Positions 57,970 to 64,000 of a stretch of DNA of 64,000 nucleotides are shown here, piece by piece. This stretch comes from Candidatus Uhrbacteria bacterium (lineage in GTDB: Bacteria; Patescibacteriota; Patescibacteriia; UBA9934; GWF2-40-263). The notes below the pieces were generated by a model, which ran no database searches, was not told the DNA's origin, and saw nothing but the letters and a program-made list of their open reading frames with translations. The DNA lies in the NCBI GenBank assembly GCA_016205975.1, contig JACQSK010000015.1:10624-74623 (forward strand), written 5' to 3'. The position numbers and the translations under genes were made by a program. Within the stretch, counting starts at the first letter, position 1. Each line of letters opens with the position of its first letter.

Positions 57970-59352
57970 ATGCTGACAACCGTCTCTCATATCCACGAAC
58001 ACCTTGGCGAAACCGTCGAGCTTAAAGGCTGGTGCTACAACTTCCGTTCCAGCGGAAAGATTTTTTTCTTGCAGCTCCGCGACGGCACCGGCCGCGTGCA
58101 AGTGGTGTACTCGAAGGCAGAATTGCCATCAGGCCAATGGGACCTATTGGACGCATTGCGACTTGAGTCTTCTGTGGTAGTCACGGGTGTTGTGAAAACC
58201 GAGCCGCGCGCGCCGTCGGGGTTTGAACTCGCCGGTCTGTCGGTTCAGGTTGTTCATCTCGCCCACGAAGGCTACCCCATCGGCAAAAAAGAACACGGCC
58301 CCGAGTTCCTTCTGGACAACCGTCACCTGTGGCTGCGTGCCGAGAGTCAGTGGGCGGTGCAGCGCGTGCGTGATCGCATCATCACCTCTACGTACGAGTG
58401 GTTTCACGAAAACGGCTTTATCAAGTTCGACACGCCGATTCTGACACCGACGTCGTGCGAGGGGACGACGGAATTGTTTGAGATGGAGTATTTTTCGGAG
58501 GAGGACAAAGGGGGACAAAGGTCGGCAGAGGACGGCAAAGGGCGGTTGGGGAAAGGAGAACCAGGGGAAGATGCCGCATCAGCGGGAGGCAAGGCCTACC
58601 TCGCGCAGTCCGGCCAGCTGTACCTCGAGGCGGGCATCATGAGCCTTGGGCGGGCGTTTGATTTTGGTCCGGTGTTCCGCGCGGAGAAGTCCAAGACGCG
58701 TCGTCATCTCACCGAGTTTTGGATGATGGATGCCGAGGCCGCGTTCGTGGAGCACGAAGGGAATATGGCGATCCAGGAGGCGCTTATCTGCCGAATCGTC
58801 GAGGATGTTCTCAAGCACTGTGCCTATGAGTTGAAGGTACTCGAGCGCGATCTCGAACCGCTCAAAAAAGTCCAGGCGCCGTTCGTACACCTGACCCACG
58901 AGGAGGCGACCAAGAAACTTCGCGAGCTCGGGAGCGACATCGGCGAGCGCGCTGACTTGGGAGCCGACGACGAGACGCTGCTGACACAACACTATGACCG
59001 TCCGATCTTCATCGAGAAGTATCCGGCCGAGGTGAAGGCGTTCTACATGAAGCGTGATCCCGACGACGACACACGCGTGCTCAACAACGACCTCTTGGCG
59101 CCAGAAGGCTACGGTGAAATCATCGGCGGCTCACAGCGTGAGGACGATTATGAAACACTTCTGAAACGCATCCGCGACCACGGTCTTGACCCAGAACCCT
59201 TCGACTGGTACCTCGACCTGCGCCGCTATGGTTCGGTTCCACATTCCGGTTTCGGCTACGGCCTTGAGCGCATCGTCGCCTGGACCTGCGGCTTGCACCA
59301 TGTCCGCGAGACGATTCCGTTTCCGAGATTGGTCAATCGGATCCATCCGTAA
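57970..59352 (+). CDS. asnS: Asparagine--tRNA ligase with a low-complexity insertion
   Basis: FLQLRDGTG, NRHLWLR, YLAQSGQLY, FRAEKSKTRRHLTEFWM, GEIIGGSQRE, PHSGFGYGLER. Confidence 0.96.
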   Translation: MLTTVSHIHEHLGETVELKGWCYNFRSSGKIFFLQLRDGTGRVQVVYSKAELPSGQWDLLDALRLESSVVVTGVVKTEPRAPSGFELAGLSVQVVHLAHEGYPIGKKEHGPEFLLDNRHLWLRAESQWAVQRVRDRIITSTYEWFHENGFIKFDTPILTPTSCEGTTELFEMEYFSEEDKGGQRSAEDGKGRLGKGEPGEDAASAGGKAYLAQSGQLYLEAGIMSLGRAFDFGPVFRAEKSKTRRHLTEFWMMDAEAAFVEHEGNMAIQEALICRIVEDVLKHCAYELKVLERDLEPLKKVQAPFVHLTHEEATKKLRELGSDIGERADLGADDETLLTQHYDRPIFIEKYPAEVKAFYMKRDPDDDTRVLNNDLLAPEGYGEIIGGSQREDDYETLLKRIRDHGLDPEPFDWYLDLRRYGSVPHSGFGYGLERIVAWTCGLHHVRETIPFPRLVNRIHP

Positions 59353-59493
59353 ATAGGCAAAGACACAAAAAGAAAAGGGCTCCTTAGGTAGTTAACCGTT
59401 CGGATCCCTTTTCGTATTGATAAAACAATCTATCACAACAAAGCGTTTTCGTCTTGTTTTTCGAAAGACGTTCTTGTAAGATATCTCTGTGAT

Positions 59494-59661
59494 ATGCCAA
59501 TGAATCATCAAACTTCATCGTACGTTGTTCTCCCCCGTCAGCAGGATTCGCTCCGAGCTCCTTTTGTGAGTTTGCAAACGCTTCGCCGTGCGGTTTCAAA
59601 AGCTTGGAAAGGTGTCTCAGCGACTCAAGAGATTCGTCGACAGCGCAAACGCAGTACATAG
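59494..59661 (+). CDS. Putative small antitoxin (55 aa; absent from the ORF track)
   Basis: Translated by hand: MPMNHQTSSYVVLPRQQDSLRAPFVSLQTLRRAVSKAWKGVSATQEIRRQRKRST; ends 5 nt before the PIN gene. Confidence 0.6.
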   Translation: MPMNHQTSSYVVLPRQQDSLRAPFVSLQTLRRAVSKAWKGVSATQEIRRQRKRST

Positions 59662-59666
59662 GTGAT

Positions 59667-60086
59667 ATGCAGTTGGTCATAGATAGTTCAGTTTTTGTTG
59701 CGGCGTTTCGTGAGCAGGAAAAAGATTCAGCTGTCTGTTTCCGTCTTCTGACTCAGTTGGAACAGGGAAAGCTGACAGCCATCATTCCTGTGAGTGTGTT
59801 ATTGGAAGTCGTTGCGGCGATCGCGCGTAGAACGTCTGACGTGGAATTAGCAAGACGGGTGGGCGCACGTCTTGTTTCTTTTTCTTCTTTAAGTTTCATT
59901 GACCTCAGTATTTTTCGAACGCTTCAGTATCTCGATCTTACGGCAGAGTTGAAGCTGGCTGGCATGGATGCCATTGTTGTGGGAACAGCAAAAGAGTTCA
60001 ATCTTCCCCTCGTGACACTCGACAAAGAAATTCAACGCCGAGCCTCAGGTACTGTTACATGCGTTTCCGTTCAAGATTTATTCTAA
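59667..60086 (+). CDS. PIN-domain (VapC-like) toxin
   Basis: VIDSSVFV, EV, DAIVV, LVTLD acidic tetrad. Confidence 0.9.
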   Translation: MQLVIDSSVFVAAFREQEKDSAVCFRLLTQLEQGKLTAIIPVSVLLEVVAAIARRTSDVELARRVGARLVSFSSLSFIDLSIFRTLQYLDLTAELKLAGMDAIVVGTAKEFNLPLVTLDKEIQRRASGTVTCVSVQDLF

Positions 60087-60124
60087 CTCCTTTAACTTGA
60101 GATGGAATCAAGAGTATCTTTTTT

Positions 60125-60715
60125 ATGAAACCATTCCAAACCCTTCTTTTCCTCATCGTGATCGTTCTCATCGGCGGCGTGGCCGTGCTCTATTGGGGTA
60201 CAACCGTTGAGGATGCGACCGTGCCTGTTGAGGTCGTTGAGGAGCCAAGGATTGAACCCAGAGCAGAGGAGAAAGAAAAAATATATGAAGATACGTTTCT
60301 ATCATTTGAGTACCCTCACAATGTAGAGCTTCTATTTGAAAAGCCTATGGGTGGTCGTTCGGATTCTCAGAGTATTAGTTTTCTCGTGTATGATGAAACT
60401 CAAAAAATCTACATTCCCACACATCTTAGATTAAGCTACATGGTATCGCTGGGCGAAAGCGAAGATTCGTCCTTCGAGACGATCGACGATTTATTGAAAA
60501 ACTACGAAGAGTATTCTTTAGAAACCAAAGAATACGCAGTAGATGGTAAGCGTGCGATTCAAATAGTCACTGGTGACATGTCAGGCGAAACTTTTTTTCT
60601 TGTTGTTCAGGCCGATGAACCTGGAGATGCCTATAGATTTAGTGGCTCATATCTGAATGAAACAGTTGATGAGATTTTGGGATTATTCATGGAAACAGCA
60701 AAGTTGAATCAATAA
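60125..60715 (+). CDS. Membrane-anchored acidic hypothetical protein
   Basis: N-terminal TM, FEYP, VDGKRA; AT-rich. Confidence 0.75.
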   Translation: MKPFQTLLFLIVIVLIGGVAVLYWGTTVEDATVPVEVVEEPRIEPRAEEKEKIYEDTFLSFEYPHNVELLFEKPMGGRSDSQSISFLVYDETQKIYIPTHLRLSYMVSLGESEDSSFETIDDLLKNYEEYSLETKEYAVDGKRAIQIVTGDMSGETFFLVVQADEPGDAYRFSGSYLNETVDEILGLFMETAKLNQ

Positions 60716-60812
60716 ATGAAGTGAAGTTTTGTGACTACATCATATCCGCGAAACGATTCCGTTTCTGAGATTGGTAAACCGGATCAATTCATTGAAAGGG
60801 AAAAAGTGATCT

Positions 60813-61907
60813 ATGCAAAAAATAAACGTTGGGGTCATATTTGGTGGCAGGTCGGCAGAGCATGAAATTTCCTTGCTGTCGGCCTACAACATCATCGCTG
60901 CGATCCCAAAAAAGAAATATAACATCGTCCCGATCGGTGTGCGCAAGGACGGTTCGTATGTGTATTTTTCAAAAGGCGATTTTATCCTCCATTCTGGTGA
61001 TGCAAAAAAAGTTCGTCTAGCAGCTCGTGGTGTTCCTGTGACATTTGAGTTTGGTGAGGAAGGCCGCATTGTTTCACTGAAAGGAGGCGGTACGAAAAAA
61101 AAACTCGACGTTGTTTTTCCCGTTTTGCACGGAACGTATGGCGAAGATGGAACGATGCAGGGACTTCTGAGTCTCGCCAACATTCCGTTTGTTGGTTCAG
61201 GAGTTTTGGGCTCAGCCGTTGGCATGGATAAGGATGTTGCTAAACGGTTGTGGCGTGACGCAGGTTTGCCGATGGCTGACTTTATTGTTTTTCGAAAATC
61301 TGATCTGAGGAAGATTCAGTTTCGTTCGATTGTGCGCAAACTCGGTCTGCCATTTTTTATAAAGCCTGCCGTCGCAGGCTCGTCTGTCGGCGTTCATAAA
61401 GTGACGAGTGCGAAACAGTTTACAGCGGCTCTGCGCGATTCGTTCTCGTACAGTCACAAAGTATTGATTGAACGAATGATTGTCGGTAAAGAAATCGAGT
61501 GCTCTGTTTTAGGTAACGAGCACCCGATTGTCTCTCTTCCAGGTGCGGTGATTCCCACCCACGGTTTTTATTCTTACGAGGCAAAGTATCTTGATGAGGA
61601 TGGCGCGCATTTTGAAATTCCTGCTCCATTGCCAACGACTGTTGTAAAAAAAATTCATCGAATTGTGTTAGAGGCGTTTCAGGTTCTCGAGCTTGAAGGC
61701 ATGGCGCGTGTTGATGGATTTTTGACGCCTAAAGGTGTGTTCATCCTGAACGAAGTGAATACCATCCCAGGTTTTACCAAGATCAGTATGTATCCAAAAC
61801 TGTGGGAGGTGAGTGGTGTGAGTTATTCTGAGCTTATCGATCGACTTCTTCAGCTCGCAATTGCGCGTCATTACAGGGAACATGCCTTGAAAACCGTCCG
61901 ACAATGA
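60813..61907 (+). CDS. ddl: D-alanine--D-alanine ligase
   Basis: FGGRSAEHEIS, FPVLHGTYGEDG, MDKD, KPA..GSSVG, FYSYEAKY, NEVNTIPGFT. Confidence 0.96.
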   Translation: MQKINVGVIFGGRSAEHEISLLSAYNIIAAIPKKKYNIVPIGVRKDGSYVYFSKGDFILHSGDAKKVRLAARGVPVTFEFGEEGRIVSLKGGGTKKKLDVVFPVLHGTYGEDGTMQGLLSLANIPFVGSGVLGSAVGMDKDVAKRLWRDAGLPMADFIVFRKSDLRKIQFRSIVRKLGLPFFIKPAVAGSSVGVHKVTSAKQFTAALRDSFSYSHKVLIERMIVGKEIECSVLGNEHPIVSLPGAVIPTHGFYSYEAKYLDEDGAHFEIPAPLPTTVVKKIHRIVLEAFQVLELEGMARVDGFLTPKGVFILNEVNTIPGFTKISMYPKLWEVSGVSYSELIDRLLQLAIARHYREHALKTVRQ

Positions 61908-61936
61908 TTTCCAGGTATGATAGACTAATGCTCACT

Positions 61937-63346
61937 ATGACAAGAACATGGATCGATGAAACGACACAAAAAGTAGGCGAGACGGTGGTGCTCAAGGGCT
62001 GGGTGCATCGGCTGCGAAAAATGGGCGATAAGCTCGTATTTATTGACTTGCGCGATGGATCGGGCTTGGCGCAGGTGGTGTTTTATAAGCCAGATTTGGA
62101 CGAGGCAACGTGTACGGCTGTGGATGAATTAAAGCCCGAGTTCGTCATCGAGGTTGAAGGCGTTGTGAATGATCGAGGAGCCAAGCAGGTGAATCCTGAG
62201 ATGCTCACGGGGACGATTGAGATTGGCGCCAAGACGGTCAACATTTTGAATGCGGCGCTCACACCGCCGTTTCCGATCGATCAAGATTCCGCGAACGTCG
62301 CCGAGCACGTGCGCATGAAGTATCGGTACTTGGATTTACGCACGGAGCGCCTCCAGCATCATCTGCGCTTGCGCAGCCGGTGGGTGCAGGCGTGCCGAGA
62401 GTATTTGTTCCAGAATCGTTTCGTTGAAATCGAAACGCCGCTGCTCACCAAAGCCACGCCGGAAGGCTCGCGCGACTTTGTCGTGCCTTCGCGTCTGCAG
62501 CCGGGAAAATTTTTTGCGCTCCCGCAGAGCCCGCAGCAGTACAAGCAGCTCCTCATGTGCTCGGCCTTCGAGCGGTACTTCCAGACCGCGCGCGCCTTGC
62601 GCGATGAAGACCCGCGCGCCGACCGCGGGTTCGAGCACACGCAAGTGGACCTTGAGATGAGTTTTGTCGAGCGCGAGGACGTCATGCAGATGGTTGAGGG
62701 CATGGTGATCTCGGCTGCGGAGAAACTCGGTTTCACGATTCGCGAGAAGCCATTCCCGCGCATCAGCTACAAGGACGCGATGGCGAAGTACGGCGCGGAC
62801 AAGTTTGATATGCGTACGGATGAAGAGAAGGCGGCGGGAGTGTTGGCGTACGCTTGGGTAGTTGACTTTCCATTTTTTGAGCGCGATACGAAGAGCGGCC
62901 GATGGACGTTCACACACAACCCCTTCTCCAATCCTCTGCCGGAGTTCCGCGACGACCTCTTGGCCGGCCGCAACATCGAGAACATCTTGACCTCGCAGTA
63001 CGACCTGGTGTGCAACGGCTATGAGTCAGGCGGCGGCAGTATTCGCGCGCACGAGGCGGAAGTGCTGGAGGCGACGTATCGGGTTATGGGTTACAGCAAG
63101 GATGAGCTTACGGCGTCTGTCGGACACATGCTGGAGGCGTTCCGCTACGGTGCGCCACCGCATGGCGGGATCGCTCTGGGCGTGGAGCGCAACCTCATGA
63201 ACCTCACGGGCGAGTCCGCGCTGCGCGAAGTGGTCGCGTTCCCGATGACGGCCTCAGGCACGACATCGGTGATGGAGGCGCCAACGTCCCTGGACGTCGA
63301 AACGTTGCTGGAACTCTCGATTAAAACCACAGAGAAAAAAAGCTGA
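61937..63346 (+). CDS. aspS: Aspartate--tRNA ligase, short form lacking the GAD insertion domain
   Basis: FIDLRD, YRYLDLR, TPEGSRDF, LPQSPQQYKQLLM, RDEDPRADR, YGAPPHGGIALG; YGADKFDMR joined almost directly to WVVDFP. Confidence 0.94.
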   Translation: MTRTWIDETTQKVGETVVLKGWVHRLRKMGDKLVFIDLRDGSGLAQVVFYKPDLDEATCTAVDELKPEFVIEVEGVVNDRGAKQVNPEMLTGTIEIGAKTVNILNAALTPPFPIDQDSANVAEHVRMKYRYLDLRTERLQHHLRLRSRWVQACREYLFQNRFVEIETPLLTKATPEGSRDFVVPSRLQPGKFFALPQSPQQYKQLLMCSAFERYFQTARALRDEDPRADRGFEHTQVDLEMSFVEREDVMQMVEGMVISAAEKLGFTIREKPFPRISYKDAMAKYGADKFDMRTDEEKAAGVLAYAWVVDFPFFERDTKSGRWTFTHNPFSNPLPEFRDDLLAGRNIENILTSQYDLVCNGYESGGGSIRAHEAEVLEATYRVMGYSKDELTASVGHMLEAFRYGAPPHGGIALGVERNLMNLTGESALREVVAFPMTASGTTSVMEAPTSLDVETLLELSIKTTEKKS

Positions 63347-63351
63347 CGCGT

Positions 63352-64000
63352 ATGTCTTTTGAGGTGAGGCTTGAGACGTTCGATGGGCCGCTGCACGTGC
63401 TGTTGGAATTGATCCAAACGTCCAAGCTCCCCATCACCGAAGTCTCGCTTTCGAAAGTTACGGACGACTACTTGCGTTACATCGACGCGCATGATGTGCC
63501 CGCTTCCGAGCTTGCGGACTTTCTCGTGATCGCCACGCGTCTCTTGCTCATCAAGTCTCAAGCGATTCTTCCCGGCCCCCTGGACGACGAACAGGAAGAC
63601 GCCACCACGCTCGCGCTCCAGCTGCGTCTGTACCAAGAGTTCGTGGAGGCGTCCAAACATTTGGAGACGCTGTTCGATCGCGCGCAGCGATCGTTTGAAC
63701 GAGCGCGCTGTGACGTGGTGAAACCCTCTCACATGGAGATTCCCCCAGGCGTGCATGCGGCCGCCTTGCGCGAGGCGTTCGCCGGACTTCTGCGCAGACT
63801 CGAACCGTTTTTCCGTTTGCAGGAAGCGGCGATCGAGCGCGTGGTCTCCGTGCAGGAGCGTCTGCGGGAGATCCATGAGGCCATTTTGAGCAAAGCGAAA
63901 CTGACCTTTGCGCACTTCGCCGGCCACGGCCGTTCGCGCGTGGATGTGGTGGTCAGTTTTCTGGCGCTGTTGGAACTCGTGAAACAGCGAGTCGTGCGCG
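63352..64000 (+). CDS. scpA: Segregation and condensation protein A (3'-truncated; absent from the ORF track)
   Basis: Translated by hand: MSFEVRLETFDGPLHVLLELI...LADFLVIATRLLLIKS...VVVSFLALLELVK. Confidence 0.92.
   Translation, partial: MSFEVRLETFDGPLHVLLELIQTSKLPITEVSLSKVTDDYLRYIDAHDVPASELADFLVIATRLLLIKSQAILPGPLDDEQEDATTLALQLRLYQEFVEASKHLETLFDRAQRSFERARCDVVKPSHMEIPPGVHAAALREAFAGLLRRLEPFFRLQEAAIERVVSVQERLREIHEAILSKAKLTFAHFAGHGRSRVDVVVSFLALLELVKQRVVR

Noticed and set aside
1-64000. CRISPR array, cas genes, rRNA, integrase, transposase, reverse transcriptase, prophage
   Set aside because: No repeat-spacer array and no ORF with the corresponding motifs seen

Overview
A 64 kb stretch of bacterial chromosome, almost all coded on the + strand, readable with the standard code 11. 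It is very likely from Patescibacteria (CPR). Supporting signs: rpsE abuts rplO with no rpmD/L30, ComEC is split in two, AspRS lacks the GAD domain, there is a Memo-CapA fusion, and most starts lack a Shine-Dalgarno and read T-ATG. Finer taxonomy cannot be fixed from this window. Core content: infB (3' part), trxAB, gdhA, leuS, ugd, comEC, ndk, nadE, murA, msrB, a split str operon (rpsL-rpsG-fusA, about 7 kb of other genes, then tuf), the S10/spc r-protein cluster to secY-adk-map, recQ, recO, asnS, ddl, aspS and scpA (5' part). Accessory content: five type II TA pairs, a Fic-MazG-DUF2075(pseudo) islet and an internally deleted CCA-adding enzyme gene. The most unusual signals are non-coding. 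(1) An atypical tRNA at 9856-9931 whose upstream leader carries two perfect antisense blocks (10 and 13 nt), in permuted order, to its D/anticodon arm. (2) Two convergent, highly structured putative ncRNAs between ndk and nadE; one has a promoter-defined 5' end, a long terminal helix and a tRNA-like GCCA 3' overhang. (3) A further structured minus-strand RNA candidate near 32.3-32.5 kb. (4) REPIN-like palindrome doublets and in-frame 9-10-mer repeat insertions inside essential genes. All RNA structures were inferred by eye; no folding or database search was run.
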